Of a DNA stretch of 64,000 bases, positions 28,734 to 39,914 are shown piece by piece. The translations under genes and the position numbers were made by a program. The stretch comes from Sulfolobales archaeon (GTDB lineage Archaea; Thermoproteota; Thermoprotei_A; Sulfolobales; NBVN01). Under the pieces are notes generated by a model. It ran no database searches and had not been told where the DNA came from. It worked only from the letters and a program-made list of their open reading frames with translations. The stretch is from NCBI GenBank assembly GCA_026413885.1, contig JAOAKA010000001.1, positions 114,762 to 178,761 of the forward strand, in the 5' to 3' direction. Numbering within the stretch: position 1 is the stretch's first letter; each line of letters begins with the position of its first letter.

Positions 28734-31700
28734 CTACTTACCTCCAACCACCTCATACTTATCTCCGAGAATGAGCTTCGGGTAGATCATCATAGACATA
28801 AGTTCCTGCAGTAAGAGCTTAAACGCGTAACTGACTTTAACTGGGTAGAGTCTCTCTTTATCACTGTGTAGAGGACATACATACCTATTCTTCTTTCTAT
28901 CAAACCAGCCTATTAGACCGCAGTCTGAGCATACGTAAACCAGCATTTTATCGGAGCTCTCCAGCATTCTCTCCTGTAGAAGTAGGGCAGCTCCATGACC
29001 TATAATGCAGTCTCTCTCCATTTCACCAAATCTAAGACCACCTTCTCTAGCTCTTCCTTCAGTCGGCTGCCGAGTTAGTAGCTGCACCGGTCCTCTAGCT
29101 CTTGAGTGAATCTTATCTGCTACCATGTGGTGTAATCTCTGATAGTAGACTATACCGATAAATACAGGATTAGACATGAGCTCGCCGGTTCTCCCATCGT
29201 ACATCGGCTCAGTGCCGTCTCTCGGATAACCTCTAAGCAGTAGCCTAGCTTTTATCTCTTCGGGTCTTTCTCCGTAGAAAGGTGTTCCGTCTACTAGCCT
29301 ACCTTCAAGAGCTCCGGCCTTACCCGCTATAGACTCAATTAGTTGACCAACAGTCATTCTAGACGGTAGTGCATGTGGATTAATAATTAAATCTGGAGTT
29401 ATGCCGTCTGGTGTGTAAGGCATATCGTACTGCGGGAGGAGTAACCCAATGACACCTTTCTGACCATGTCTCGAAGCAAATTTATCGCCTATCTCCGGAA
29501 TTCTGAGGTCTCTTACTCTAACTCTCACGAGCTTATTTCCATCCGCTGATACAGTTATTAGTACGGAGTCTGTCACGCCTCTATCTCCATGTCTGAGAGT
29601 TATTGAAGTATCTCGCCTCGTTGTACTAACTATTCCTAGCTCTTTATATTCCTCCATAAATCTAGGTGGTGAAGTCTTCCCCACTAAGACATTTCCAGAG
29701 AGTACCTTAGCTTCCGGACTTATTATACCGTCTTCATCTAGTAGTGAGTAGTTCTCTCTCCCTCTGTAGCTCCTCACCGAGGGTTCTGGTATCTCTATTT
29801 TATCCATCTGCCCTCCAGCGTACCTCAGCTCTTCAGTCAAGTACTCTCTAAAGAAGGTGCTGCGCGCTAGTCCTCTATCTACGGAGGATTTATTCACTAT
29901 TACAGCATCCTCCATATTATAGCCTGTGTAAGATAGAATAGCAATGATGAAGTTTTGACCAGCCGGTCTATCGTTATATCCTATGACATCCAGAAACTTC
30001 GTCTGGACTACAGGTTTCTGTGGGTAGTGCAGGAGGTGTGCTCTACTATCGAACCTCAGGTTGTAGTTTGAAGCATAAACCCCTAGAGCTTGCTTAGCCA
30101 TAGCTGATTGATATGTATTTCTAGGAGACTGATTATGTTCTAGGTACGGTATAGTTGCCGCAGCTACACCAATTATAGCTGGAGGCCAGAGCTCAAGATG
30201 AGTATGTTCCAATGTGAGGTCTTCTGGATTCAGTGCGATGTAGGAGTTTTCTTCTTCGTCTGGATCTAAGAACTCTATGAATCCTCTCTTGACTAGGTCG
30301 TCAAAGGTAAGCTTTCCAGCTAGATATTCACTAACTACTTCCTGGGTTATCTTAGGTTTACCGCTTTCCACAACTATGAGAGGTCTAAGTGTTCTACCTT
30401 CATCTGTGTTTATGTAGACCTCGTTGAGGTACTCAGTCTTTAAGTGCTTAACATTTATCTCTGGATGTAGTCTACCTTTTCTCCTCATGTAGATCAGTGC
30501 TTTCGTTAAGGAATCAGCGCTTCCCGGGTAGTAGCCGACCAGAGTTCCGTTTACAAACACCTTAGCGTATGTCTCTATGTTCTCTGCTACTTCCTGGTCG
30601 ACAAACTTCCTAAATACTTCCTCAACTGGGATTAAACCTAGCTTTCTTAAGATCGATAAAACCTCTTCTGGATTAGTGCCTGTGGATATCTTTACGTAGA
30701 GAGCTAGATTCTTAACTAACCCACAATTAGGGCCTTCAGGAGTTTCAAATAAACAGATCCTACCAAATTGAGTTCCGTGAACGTCGCGTGCTTCAAAGTG
30801 AGGCTGTCCTCTACTAAGTGGTGAAACAGTTCTCCTGAGGTGGCTGAGTGTAGATATCCAGTTTGTTCTATCTAGCATCTGGCTTACTCCAGTTTTTCCA
30901 CCCACCCAGTTTCCAGTTGCGAGTGCGTGTCTTATTCTATCGGCGACGATGTCTGGTCTAGCAAATGCTTTGATGTTTATTCGTCCAGATCTTATTGTTA
31001 CTCTCTCCAAAGAACTCTTCAACTCCTCTATGTACTGCCTAAAAGCTACTCTAAATAACTGAGCTAGTAAGTCCCCCGCTAATCTCAGTCTCCTACTTCC
31101 GTAGTGGTCTCTATCGTCTACCTCTCTCTTCCCTAGAACAAGCTCTATTAATCTATTAATCATCTGCCCGAGATAGAGAGCTTTCCTCAGTCTAGTAGAT
31201 GGAAGTGGGTCTGTCCCGATGTGTGGAAATAGATACCTGTCTAAAACTTCTTCAGCTCTCTTTCTTCTCGCTTCAGCTACTTGTCCAGCAGCTATTCTAG
31301 CACCTATGTAGTCTAGAGCATCCTCGCGGGATCTAATCTCTTGTACTTGAAGAAGAGACGGTAGAAGTTCTTGCTGTACTTCAGGGTCATGTGATACTGC
31401 GTAAACTATCTCTTTATCAGTTGTTAGTCCTAGAGCCTTCATTATTATAACGACTGGTACTTTCGCCAGTAGAGGAGGGAAATTTATTACTAGAGTGCCG
31501 TCTTTTAATCTATCCACTATAGTCGGAACTCTAAGTCCTGCCGAAACAGAGATCATTTTAGCTGAGTGAGTTATGTTACCACCTGTTTCAGCCTTCTCGA
31601 CGAATACTCTATTTGGTGCTAGATCTTCTTGAGCAACTATAACTCTCTCAGAACCATTAATTATGAAGTAGCCGCCGGGATCTCTCCAATCTTCACCAAT

Positions 31701-32144
31701 CTCGATAAGTTCTTTTCTATTCATTTTAGATGTTGGGTCAATTTTCGATCTCACCATTACTGGAAGAGAGCATATCTGCACCTCGTCTTCGTATAGAATG
31801 CTTCCATCTCTCTTAACTACTACTTTAGCGTTTACTGGAATGCTGTAGGTTAGATTTCTTAAACGAGCCATCACCGGTGTTACATCTACTATGTTGCCTT
31901 CAACTTCGTAGAATTTCGGAGAACCTATACTGATATCTACAAACTCTATTGTTAGTCCCATAAGTGACGGTTCCTTCGTGGGGACCTCGATTACACCTAG
32001 ATTTGTCACTATCTCCTTCAGTCCTCTATCGATGAAATTATTGAATGAGTCTATGTGATGTCTTACTAAACCAGTTCTCTGAAGGAAGTCTCTATATATC
32101 TCCCACCTAACATTAGGTGCTAAATAGTTACTGTCACCTTCCAT
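28734..32144 (-). CDS. rpoB: DNA-directed RNA polymerase subunit B (unsplit)
   Basis: 1136 aa; [12 protein letters not shown]; C-terminal zinc ribbon CSDCG...CPLH. Confidence 0.96.
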   Translation of the reverse strand: MEGDSNYLAPNVRWEIYRDFLQRTGLVRHHIDSFNNFIDRGLKEIVTNLGVIEVPTKEPSLMGLTIEFVDISIGSPKFYEVEGNIVDVTPVMARLRNLTYSIPVNAKVVVKRDGSILYEDEVQICSLPVMVRSKIDPTSKMNRKELIEIGEDWRDPGGYFIINGSERVIVAQEDLAPNRVFVEKAETGGNITHSAKMISVSAGLRVPTIVDRLKDGTLVINFPPLLAKVPVVIIMKALGLTTDKEIVYAVSHDPEVQQELLPSLLQVQEIRSREDALDYIGARIAAGQVAEARRKRAEEVLDRYLFPHIGTDPLPSTRLRKALYLGQMINRLIELVLGKREVDDRDHYGSRRLRLAGDLLAQLFRVAFRQYIEELKSSLERVTIRSGRINIKAFARPDIVADRIRHALATGNWVGGKTGVSQMLDRTNWISTLSHLRRTVSPLSRGQPHFEARDVHGTQFGRICLFETPEGPNCGLVKNLALYVKISTGTNPEEVLSILRKLGLIPVEEVFRKFVDQEVAENIETYAKVFVNGTLVGYYPGSADSLTKALIYMRRKGRLHPEINVKHLKTEYLNEVYINTDEGRTLRPLIVVESGKPKITQEVVSEYLAGKLTFDDLVKRGFIEFLDPDEEENSYIALNPEDLTLEHTHLELWPPAIIGVAAATIPYLEHNQSPRNTYQSAMAKQALGVYASNYNLRFDSRAHLLHYPQKPVVQTKFLDVIGYNDRPAGQNFIIAILSYTGYNMEDAVIVNKSSVDRGLARSTFFREYLTEELRYAGGQMDKIEIPEPSVRSYRGRENYSLLDEDGIISPEAKVLSGNVLVGKTSPPRFMEEYKELGIVSTTRRDTSITLRHGDRGVTDSVLITVSADGNKLVRVRVRDLRIPEIGDKFASRHGQKGVIGLLLPQYDMPYTPDGITPDLIINPHALPSRMTVGQLIESIAGKAGALEGRLVDGTPFYGERPEEIKARLLLRGYPRDGTEPMYDGRTGELMSNPVFIGIVYYQRLHHMVADKIHSRARGPVQLLTRQPTEGRAREGGLRFGEMERDCIIGHGAALLLQERMLESSDKMLVYVCSDCGLIGWFDRKKNRYVCPLHSDKERLYPVKVSYAFKLLLQELMSMMIYPKLILGDKYEVVGGK

Positions 32145-32153
32145 ATCTACCCC

Positions 32154-32408
32154 CTATCCTACGACTACAAACCTATAAGCTATAGAAACACCGGCGGTAG
32201 GAGACCTTCTAACTATCTTTATAATATCGCCTGGTTTCGCACCCAGTAGCTTAGCGACCGGGTCTGAAGCTCTGATCCAGGGGAGTTGCTCTGGGTGTAT
32301 TCCAAGCTCTCTGAGTACTTTCAGAGCTTCTTCCTTTGTTAGGAGTTCGTGTTTGGGAACTAGCTCGTGTTCCATTATTTTCTCTTCCATTTTCTTCTTA
32401 TCGCTCAA
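32154..32408 (-). CDS. rpoH: DNA-directed RNA polymerase subunit H (Rpb5 C-terminal domain)
   Basis: [15 protein letters not shown]...[18 protein letters not shown]. Confidence 0.92.
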   Translation of the reverse strand: MSDKKKMEEKIMEHELVPKHELLTKEEALKVLRELGIHPEQLPWIRASDPVAKLLGAKPGDIIKIVRRSPTAGVSIAYRFVVVG

Positions 32409-32479
32409 GCTCTATCCCAGCTACTGTAAAACTTGTTAAAGTAAGTTATAAGTATAACGGTTCAACACCACGTAGTCTG

Positions 32480-34138
32480 CTACGTTCTTAAAGACCGCAC
32501 GAGTAGCTCAACTAGTTTGCTTATAGAGATTTCGAAAACTGCTACTGGGGCTTCAAGTTCTAAATACTTTAAATACTTCGGGTGAATTTCACCAACTATA
32601 CCTATGAATTCCCCACTAACCTCTACAGCAGCACTTCTCTCATCTATAATGAGTTCTAATCCATTAACTCCCTTGAATTGCGGTTTAAAGCCGAGTGTTT
32701 CTAGAAAGGTCCTAACTGCAGTGAGTCCGTCAGTTAGAGTGGTGCTAGGTCCATAAACCGCTCCAGATACAGCTTTAAAAGTCGCTAGAGTACCTGGGTC
32801 TACAGTATCTCCAATCTCGAACACCTTAAGATCTTGAAGACCGTATCTCCTTACATTCTTCGACAAACTCCTCAAAACTCCGGGTAGCAGTGAAGGTCTA
32901 AGAGCGGAATACACCCTCATCTTCGGGTTCTTAATGCTTATGAATTTCGTATATCTCAGAGCGGCTAGGTAGTCCGGATCTGTTAAAATGAAGTTAACTA
33001 CCTCCGTGAAGCCTAGACCAATCAATATATCTCTCGCATATCTAGACACGGTTTCTAGAAGGTGTGGTGTTCCACGATGAGTTGGAGGTTCCAGTATCCC
33101 AGTTATCCTATTGTAATCCAGTGAGATCGCGATATCTTCGATTACGTCGTCTTCATCGATGACATCTACTCTATAGGGTGGTACCCAGACAATCGCTCTG
33201 TCTTCTTCTATAGACTCTATAATGTATCCATATTTTTCTAGGTTTCTTAAAGCTTCTCTAAAGTCTGGTTCAACACCTATTAGCTCAGAAACTCTACCTG
33301 CTTTAACTGATATTTTCCTCCCCGTCAACATATTGAAAACTAGGTCCTCTATCGCGGTTCCACCTACGACAGGCACTACTTCAATACTCTTAGCACCTCT
33401 TTCGTAGACCGCCATAGTAACAACTGCGAGTATGGATGCCATTAAAGTGGGTTCAGTTCCAGTAACATCTATTAATACATTCTTAGTTTTATCTGTTACT
33501 CTAGTGTCTTCAGAGTTTATGATTGGTGGGAGTGAGAGCACTACATCCTCTGAGTCAACGAGTAGTGGGTAGAGTCCTTCCTTCACTAAGTGTCTGTATT
33601 CCCGCCCCTTATCAGTTTCACTCAGTATTTCAGTGATATTCATAACTCTACTGTAGCCAAGAGGTCTAAACACTACTGAAGTGACTTCTCTATAGTACAC
33701 AGGAAAGCTTAGCTTATCGAGGTCGTAGAGACCTATTGAAACTAGCTCTCGATCACCACAGTGAGATATGTGTAGTTTTTCTTGAAGTTGGAAGATCTGG
33801 CTGATCGCTTCATCATCTAGCTTTACATCTCTAACAATAGTCATTAAAACGTGGGGTCTGTAGCTCGGTGCTCTACTTGAATCAACATATAGGCTACTCT
33901 TCGATACTGCGTACTTCACAGGCTTTTTAATGCCGAGTTGGTAAGATATTGCTCTTGTCAGTCCTTCAGCTGAGTAAAGATCGAGTCTATCGTGAGGTGC
34001 TTCATAGACTAGAGAGTCTGCTTCTACTTTCTCTACTTCTAGCTTTAGGTTACTTAAGACTGTTGAGAGAGCTTCTAGCTCTACTTGAGTTCCAGCTAAG
34101 CGAGCTACATCCCACAATCTAACTGAGACTACCGGCAC
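32480..34138 (-). CDS. pheT: Phenylalanine-tRNA ligase beta subunit
   Basis: 552 aa; archaeal PheT-like (MPVVSVRLWD...); overlaps and follows pheS. Confidence 0.88.
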   Translation of the reverse strand: MPVVSVRLWDVARLAGTQVELEALSTVLSNLKLEVEKVEADSLVYEAPHDRLDLYSAEGLTRAISYQLGIKKPVKYAVSKSSLYVDSSRAPSYRPHVLMTIVRDVKLDDEAISQIFQLQEKLHISHCGDRELVSIGLYDLDKLSFPVYYREVTSVVFRPLGYSRVMNITEILSETDKGREYRHLVKEGLYPLLVDSEDVVLSLPPIINSEDTRVTDKTKNVLIDVTGTEPTLMASILAVVTMAVYERGAKSIEVVPVVGGTAIEDLVFNMLTGRKISVKAGRVSELIGVEPDFREALRNLEKYGYIIESIEEDRAIVWVPPYRVDVIDEDDVIEDIAISLDYNRITGILEPPTHRGTPHLLETVSRYARDILIGLGFTEVVNFILTDPDYLAALRYTKFISIKNPKMRVYSALRPSLLPGVLRSLSKNVRRYGLQDLKVFEIGDTVDPGTLATFKAVSGAVYGPSTTLTDGLTAVRTFLETLGFKPQFKGVNGLELIIDERSAAVEVSGEFIGIVGEIHPKYLKYLELEAPVAVFEISISKLVELLVRSLRT

Positions 34139-35630
34139 CTAGAGCCACCCTGGGGATCGCTGTCTTCTCAATCTCTCTTATGTCGTCAGTATAGAGATCT
34201 CTTATATCGTTAACGTCTAGAAGAATCATCGCTATTCTATCCACACCTATCCCCCAAGCAGCTACGTTATATCCTCGAAGTCCTAGTGGTTCAAGTACCT
34301 GTTTTCTGAACATCCCTCCAGGGAGAACCTCAATCCAGCCTAGCTTCGGGTGCTTCACATAACCTTCAACACTTGGCTCTGTAAATGGAAAGTATGCTGG
34401 TTTAAATCTCACCTCACCTAATCCCATCCCTCGAGCGAATTCTCTAAAGAACTGTAGAAGGTCTTTAAAGGATACTTTCTTTCCAACTATAATGCCGTCA
34501 AGCTGGTGGAACTCCATTAAGTGAGTAGGGTCTGGTGTATCTGGTCTGAACACTCTATCTATAGTAAATACCCTGTATTCACCAGGTCCTCTCTCCCATA
34601 GAGTTCTAACTGATACCGAAGTGCAGTGAGTTCTGAGAACAAGTCTCAATGCTATATTAGGATCCCATATATATCCTCTAAACTCTCTATGAAACCTTCC
34701 AACAGCTTCGAGAACACTCTCTATTCCGGTAACTTTACCTACTTCTCTGTCTACGAAGTACACGTCAGTTGATCTCCGAGCTGGATGGTGTTGAGAAACA
34801 AAGAGCGCATCAAAATTCCATAACTCTAGCTCGACATGAGGTCCTTTAACTTCCTCAAATCCTAGTGAGAGCATCAGTTCCCTCATATAGTTTAATACAT
34901 CAGTGAAGAAGTGCTTTCTAACAATTGACGCTCTAGGTAGCTCTACAGATAGGTCGAAGGGCTTGAACTCTATAGAGTCCCAACTCTCTAGCTTTATTAT
35001 CTCCGGAGTAATGACAGTGACAATCTCGCCCTCTACGAGTCTGTCGGAGTGACTCATTAGGAGTTCTGAAGCTTCAGCAATTACTTCTCTATGCTCGCGA
35101 ACCGAGATCAACCCCCTTCTCCTAACTTCTCTTGAAGAATCAGGTACTTCAGCTAGTATTACAGATGTCGAGTACTTCTGAAGCTCTTCTCTAACTTTCT
35201 GTATGTAGTCTGCAGTTTTTTGACCGGCGTTTTCAACTAGATATATGTGTCCTCTAGAGACTTTGATAGCACCTAGTGTTTTAAGTATACCAATTGCCGC
35301 CTCTATCTCGTTTTCACTGAGACCAAGATCTTTAAGTGCGCTAAAACTTAAACTCCCTCTACTAGCTAGTTCTTTCAGAACGGCTTCTTCAGGTAGGAGA
35401 TTGATGAGGTATTTTCTACCTAGTTCACTCAACTCTATTTTAAAGTAAGTCCTTCTTGAAACCTTAATTAGATTGCGTCTCTCCAGCTCAGCTAAATCAC
35501 GCATTATGTCCTGCTCACGCTTACCTATTAATCTAGCTATCTCAGCAGCAGTTGCTGCTCCAAACTTTAAAATAGCTTTCGCAATTGCGTAGAGTCTAGG
35601 AGGCAGTTTTATCTCTTGAAGAGAGCTCAT
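34119..35630 (-). CDS. pheS: Phenylalanine-tRNA ligase alpha subunit
   Basis: 503 aa with class II motifs, e.g. FRPDTPDPTHLMEFHQLDG and GIGVDRIAM. Confidence 0.92.
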   Translation of the reverse strand: MSSLQEIKLPPRLYAIAKAILKFGAATAAEIARLIGKREQDIMRDLAELERRNLIKVSRRTYFKIELSELGRKYLINLLPEEAVLKELASRGSLSFSALKDLGLSENEIEAAIGILKTLGAIKVSRGHIYLVENAGQKTADYIQKVREELQKYSTSVILAEVPDSSREVRRRGLISVREHREVIAEASELLMSHSDRLVEGEIVTVITPEIIKLESWDSIEFKPFDLSVELPRASIVRKHFFTDVLNYMRELMLSLGFEEVKGPHVELELWNFDALFVSQHHPARRSTDVYFVDREVGKVTGIESVLEAVGRFHREFRGYIWDPNIALRLVLRTHCTSVSVRTLWERGPGEYRVFTIDRVFRPDTPDPTHLMEFHQLDGIIVGKKVSFKDLLQFFREFARGMGLGEVRFKPAYFPFTEPSVEGYVKHPKLGWIEVLPGGMFRKQVLEPLGLRGYNVAAWGIGVDRIAMILLDVNDIRDLYTDDIREIEKTAIPRVALGAGSLS

Positions 35631-35853
35631 CGTTTCATCCTTCTAAATCTAGCTTAAAGAAATAAGAAGTTCTCGCAGCTAGAAATAGATGAATTCGTTG
35701 AATCATATAACATGGCCCCCTCAGAACTTCAGATACTGCAATATTTTATAAATTTTAAGCTTTTAGATATCTACATCACATCCTGGATGCTGAGAAAGCT
35801 ATAATGAATTATGTGTGAGTGTTTATATAATAAAACTATTCGACCTTAGATTT

Positions 35854-36081
35854 CTACTTCCTCAATTCTGCTACGAACTCTGCTGGAGGTGCCACTTTGA
35901 TCTTCAGCTTGTCGCCGGATTTAGTTATATTTAACTCTTGTAAGACACTTCGATATCCACAGAGAGAGCACTTCAGCAGATACCGAATGTTTAGACTTCC
36001 ATCTAATACCGATTTTTCAGATACTATTGACGCCCTACTTTCACATTTCGGGCACCTAACTTCTCCGTCATGTTTCCACAG
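35854..36081 (-). CDS. Candidate small zinc-ribbon protein (about 75 aa) with an SD-led CTG start; not in the ORF track
   Basis: My translation: (CTG)WKHDGEVRCPKCESRASIVSEKSVLDGSLNIRYLLKCSLCGYRSVLQELNITKSGDKLKIKVAPPAEFVAELRK*. It has CxxC...CxxC. GAGGTGGTGAgaaacg precedes the CTG. No ATG/GTG/TTG lies near the 5' end. Confidence 0.35.
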   Translation of the reverse strand: MWKHDGEVRCPKCESRASIVSEKSVLDGSLNIRYLLKCSLCGYRSVLQELNITKSGDKLKIKVAPPAEFVAELRK

Positions 36082-36308
36082 CGTTTCTCACCACCTCTCT
36101 TGCTGTTTTCCTTTACTGTCTATCCACACTCTAAATGTGTATAAAGCTTTTTAATCTACTTATTCCCTACATTCACACATTCTAACTCCACAGTAACCGC
36201 CATTTACTTCTAAGGCATTAATATCTAGACTCTTCTATAGGGCGACTTTATTACGACTTACTCGTATTGAACTCTAGCCCATCGATGTCCGCAATATGGA
36301 TTGAAGCC

Positions 36309-36316
36309 TTAAATAT
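36309..36316 (+). promoter_or_regulatory. TATA-like box for tRNA-Lys
   Basis: TTAAATAT centred about 25 nt upstream of tRNA position 1. Confidence 0.45.
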
Positions 36317-36337
36317 CTTTTAACTTTACTACTTAAG

Positions 36338-36414
<77 letters not shown>

Positions 36415-36597
36415 CAGAGGGCTCTCGATCTTATACACCCGCATTATGGAAAGTGAGACTCAACTAGTTTAAATTAAAGATATTATATTAGATGCTGTCG
36501 TGTTAGATAGACTATTGTTTAATTGGTTAGCAATAGCTTCCTGAATGAAGCTACCTGAACTCGCAACATCTAGATATTCGCTAATATCTCCGTAGAT

Positions 36598-37029
36598 CTA
36601 TTGACTCGGCGAGTAGTCACACTCGGAATCGAATACTAAGCTAGCTTCATAAAGAGCTCTTTCTTCACTATCTGCTGCGTGAACGATGTTTTCGAGAACT
36701 GAGTTTGAGTAGTCACCTCTTATAGTGCCGGGTGGAGCTTTTCTACCATCGGTTGGACCAATCATAGTCCTAACTACTTCAACTGATTCATCTCCTTCGA
36801 CCAGTATAGCTACTATAGGGCCGGAGGACATAAACCTCACGAGTTCCTCGTAAAAGCTCTTTCCTCTATGTACGTCGTATAGCTTCTCAGCACACTCTCG
36901 AGTTAGCTGAAGCATCTTAAGCTTCACTATTTTAAATCCCTTCATCTCGAGTCTTCTTACGACCTCTCCAATAAGTCCTCTTCTAACTCCATCGGGTTTG
37001 ATTAGTATGAGTTCTTTCTTATTAGCCAA
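36598..37029 (-). CDS. ndk: Nucleoside diphosphate kinase
   Basis: [23 protein letters not shown]...NIVHAADS. Confidence 0.92.
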   Translation of the reverse strand: MANKKELILIKPDGVRRGLIGEVVRRLEMKGFKIVKLKMLQLTRECAEKLYDVHRGKSFYEELVRFMSSGPIVAILVEGDESVEVVRTMIGPTDGRKAPPGTIRGDYSNSVLENIVHAADSEERALYEASLVFDSECDYSPSQ

Positions 37030-37035
37030 CGGAGA

Positions 37036-37218
37036 TCACTTTCTCAAAACGTAGTAGGCACTCCACGGAATCTTCTTAGGGTCTCTACCGAGTTTGAAGT
37101 TCTTAAAGCACTTACTCGAACAGAAGTGCAGTATAACTCCATTTCTAAGTACGTACGTGAGTCCAGAGCCGGGCTCTATTCGCCCACCACAAAAACTACA
37201 CATATATACCTTCGGCAT
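37036..37218 (-). CDS. rpl24e: 50S ribosomal protein eL24
   Basis: [31 protein letters not shown]. Confidence 0.92.
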   Translation of the reverse strand: MPKVYMCSFCGGRIEPGSGLTYVLRNGVILHFCSSKCFKNFKLGRDPKKIPWSAYYVLRK

Positions 37219-37247
37219 CTACAGTCCCTTCACTACTACAAAATACT

Positions 37248-37265
37248 GCTTTAAAGCTTTAAAGC
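37248..37265. promoter_or_regulatory. Palindromic double TATA element (GCTTTAAAGCTTTAAAGC) serving divergent eL24 and eS28
   Basis: Two CTTTAAAG boxes. The palindrome centre (37256.5) is exactly midway between the eL24 ATG (37218) and the eS28 ATG (37295). Each box centre is 34.5 nt from its start codon. Confidence 0.55.
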
Positions 37266-37294
37266 AAGACTGCGGTTTAAAAAAGGTGCTGAAG

Positions 37295-37552
37295 ATGAGT
37301 GAAGCTAGAAAGATCGATTTAACTCAGTCTGAAGTTAACGTAATAGAGGAGTTCGGGTTCCCGGCTGAGGTACTTCAGGTAGTTGGAAGAACAGGTGTTA
37401 CTGGAGAAATCACTCAAGTCAGAGTTAGAGTTTTAGATGGTAGAGATAAGGGCAGAGTAATAACGAGAAATGTTAAGGGACCAGTAAGAGTGGGTGACAT
37501 AATAATTCTCAGAGAAACTGAGAGAGAAGCGAGGAAATTAACTGCTAAGTAG
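37295..37552 (+). CDS. rps28e: 30S ribosomal protein eS28
   Basis: [61 protein letters not shown]. The ATG at 37295 lies behind AGGTGctgaag. The longer ORF-track start (37094) is antisense to eL24. Confidence 0.9.
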   Translation: MSEARKIDLTQSEVNVIEEFGFPAEVLQVVGRTGVTGEITQVRVRVLDGRDKGRVITRNVKGPVRVGDIIILRETEREARKLTAK

Positions 37553-37605
37553 AGATATCTTGTTAAAACTAGATCAGTGATCTAACTGTGTGTTGAGTTG
37601 GGAAA

Positions 37606-38154
37606 ATGTTTATCGATGTATCAAAAGCTAAACTCCCCAAAAATCTCAGATATCTGTGGGTACCACACCTACTAGTAAAACCATCATGCAATAAGAACAT
37701 AATTTTGCTCGACTGCTTCTTCTCCTCGACATTAAATAAAGATATTGTTATGGTCCTACTATCGAGGAAGATTGATAGTGTAAAAATTGAAGCATCGACC
37801 TCAACAGATTACCCCATACTATTCTCTAGCGGCTGTAGTTTGCTCTATTACCAAAAAGTATTGAATTCTATTAATAGTGCTCTAAAGTCAAACAGTATAG
37901 AGAGCCTCCTACTAAATCCACAGGATATTAAAGTTAAGAGTATAGCAGCTGAAACTTTTAAAACTATTCTCAAGCTTCTATGTTTTCCCGAACCACCGAG
38001 CGAGGTTAATCAGATATACACTCTACTGGGTCTGGATGCTAGAGGAAAGAAAGCCTACTTCATTTTAGGTAATAAGATAGTTAGGTCATCTATACTAGAG
38101 GAAGTACTGTATGGACGACTTAATGGAGTAGGTGCTATAAAACACTATCTCTAA
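37606..38154 (+). CDS. Hypothetical 182-aa protein (AT-rich; no family recognised)
   Basis: ORF only. It sits where L7Ae would be expected next to eS28. Confidence 0.4.
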   Translation: MFIDVSKAKLPKNLRYLWVPHLLVKPSCNKNIILLDCFFSSTLNKDIVMVLLSRKIDSVKIEASTSTDYPILFSSGCSLLYYQKVLNSINSALKSNSIESLLLNPQDIKVKSIAAETFKTILKLLCFPEPPSEVNQIYTLLGLDARGKKAYFILGNKIVRSSILEEVLYGRLNGVGAIKHYL

Positions 38155-38197
38155 TCTAATTCCACGATAAGTCGCTATCGATGAAAGCAGTCTAACC

Positions 38198-39091
38198 CTA
38201 CCGCAGTATCTGTATTGATGCGTAGCCGACTACCCAACTCCTCTCTCCGGTTACATCTCCAGAAGTCATATACTTTAATAAGCGAGCTCCTCCGGCGCCG
38301 ACTGCTCTAGCTAAGTACATCAACATCATAGCGCTTCCAGGACCACACATACTAATGTCTTTCTCTACAACTACTTTGAAGAGTCCCTCTGGATCTAAGC
38401 CGATTATTTTCTCTATAACTAGCTGGTCTTTTCTGTATGCTGTATCGTGAGGTTCGTAGTGAGTTAAGTCCGAAGTAGCTATTACTACGATCTCTGAGAG
38501 GTCTCTCTTCAGTGTCTGAATTGCTGAAAGAATAGCTTTAGCTAAGTCTTCAGCTACTCTAGGTGTCTGATTTAAGATAGCTATAGGGATAATGCTGAAG
38601 TCAGCTCCGAAAATGTACTGCAAGAACGGTAGTTGAACTTCAAGAGAGTGTTCGTATTCGTGAGCTGTCGTATCTAGTCTAGCAAACCTACTTTTCTCGA
38701 TGACCAGTTTAGCTAGTTCCGCATCTACAGGCACTCTCCCGAGAGGTGTTTCCCACAGTCCATCCGGATATATAGACACAGAAGGACCTATCCCAGTGTG
38801 ATTTGGTCCTACCAGCACTATAGACGTAGGCTTCTTCTCTAAAGAGAGTGTGTAGTACGCGTGTGCCGCAGCTGGACCGCTATACACATATCCTGCGTGA
38901 GGGACTACAAATCCGAGGCTAGCTCTCTTAGGAGAGATCTCTGTTTTCGGTAGCTCTCGAGGACCTAACTCATGTAGAAAACACTGCCTTATTTGCTCCA
39001 TTAATTTCTTTGAATTACTCTCATAGAACTGACCAGCTACAACAGCCTTTCTAACGTTCAGCAGCTGCCACCTTCGTTTCAAATGTTTCAT
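38198..39091 (-). CDS. Memo-like protein (AmmeMemoRadiSam system protein B family)
   Basis: [35 protein letters not shown]. The listed ATG lies 41 nt inside uS2. An SD-led CTG CTG at 39066..39061 (AAGGTGGcagCTGCTG) is an alternative start. Confidence 0.8.
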   Translation of the reverse strand: MKHLKRRWQLLNVRKAVVAGQFYESNSKKLMEQIRQCFLHELGPRELPKTEISPKRASLGFVVPHAGYVYSGPAAAHAYYTLSLEKKPTSIVLVGPNHTGIGPSVSIYPDGLWETPLGRVPVDAELAKLVIEKSRFARLDTTAHEYEHSLEVQLPFLQYIFGADFSIIPIAILNQTPRVAEDLAKAILSAIQTLKRDLSEIVVIATSDLTHYEPHDTAYRKDQLVIEKIIGLDPEGLFKVVVEKDISMCGPGSAMMLMYLARAVGAGGARLLKYMTSGDVTGERSWVVGYASIQILR

Positions 39092-39704
39092 AGCTTACAG
39101 GTAGGTTTCCGTCTGCTTGTAGAACCCCTTTTTCTCTCAGTACCTGTCTAGCTAGCAGCCAGTATATGAGAGCTAGTGACTTTCTTCCCTTATTGTTGCC
39201 TGGTATAGCTAGGTCTACATTATTTAGTTTAGCATCTGTACTAGCTATAGCAACTACTGGTATACCTACTTTAGAGGCTTCTTCAATAGCTTGCTCATCT
39301 ACTCTCGGGTCAGAAGCTAGTAGGACTTCAGCATCTACGTATATGTCTAAGTATGGATTAGTTATGGTTCCAGGGATAAACCTACCTATAGCGTGTCTAG
39401 CACCGACAAATTCCGCGAATTTCTGAACTGGTGTGAATCCGTAAGGTCTTGAAGATACAGCTAGTATTGAACGCGGTTCGAAGGAAGCTATGAATTTTGC
39501 TGCTATTCTCAATCTCTCGTCAATCTTCCTGATATCTATTATATACGGTCCATCGGGTCTAGACTTATAGACAAATCTCTTCATATACTTAGTGCAGACA
39601 TAGGTACCTATGTGCACGCCCGCCTCTAGATAGAGTTCCGCTGGTACTAGAAGTTCTGAGACTATCTTAGGAGCTTCATCAACATACCGCTTCTGCACAC
39701 TCAA
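39051..39704 (-). CDS. rps2: 30S ribosomal protein uS2
   Basis: [17 protein letters not shown]...; 217 aa. Confidence 0.93.
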   Translation of the reverse strand: MSVQKRYVDEAPKIVSELLVPAELYLEAGVHIGTYVCTKYMKRFVYKSRPDGPYIIDIRKIDERLRIAAKFIASFEPRSILAVSSRPYGFTPVQKFAEFVGARHAIGRFIPGTITNPYLDIYVDAEVLLASDPRVDEQAIEEASKVGIPVVAIASTDAKLNNVDLAIPGNNKGRKSLALIYWLLARQVLREKGVLQADGNLPVSYETFETKVAAAER

Positions 39705-39707
39705 CTT

Positions 39708-39908
39708 CTACACCTTTCTACCGTACACGATGATCTCGTTTATTAAATCTACGTGAGATATAAACATTCTTCTGCAGCAGTATCTCTTCACGCCGAGCTC
39801 ATCTAGAACTTTCTCTGGTTCTTCACCTTTCGATACTCTCCTAGCGTACTCTTCCCAGAGATGCCCGATAACCTTACCACATGTAAAACATCTAACAGGG
39901 ATTATCAA
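39708..39908 (-). CDS. rpoN: DNA-directed RNA polymerase subunit N (Rpb10)
   Basis: [21 protein letters not shown]...RYCCRRM; AGGTGAcagactTTG. Confidence 0.93.
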   Translation of the reverse strand: MIIPVRCFTCGKVIGHLWEEYARRVSKGEEPEKVLDELGVKRYCCRRMFISHVDLINEIIVYGRKV

Positions 39909-39914
39909 AGTCTG

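Noticed and set aside
35897-36154. Listed plus-strand 85-aa ORF
   Set aside because: It has no motifs and lies antisense to a minus-strand frame that has a CxxC...CxxC pattern and an SD. I treat it as a shadow ORF.
37094-37294. The long N-terminal part of the listed ORF 37094..37552
   Set aside because: The first 67 codons are antisense to eL24 and cross the promoter palindrome. The eS28 homology starts at the SD-led ATG at 37295.
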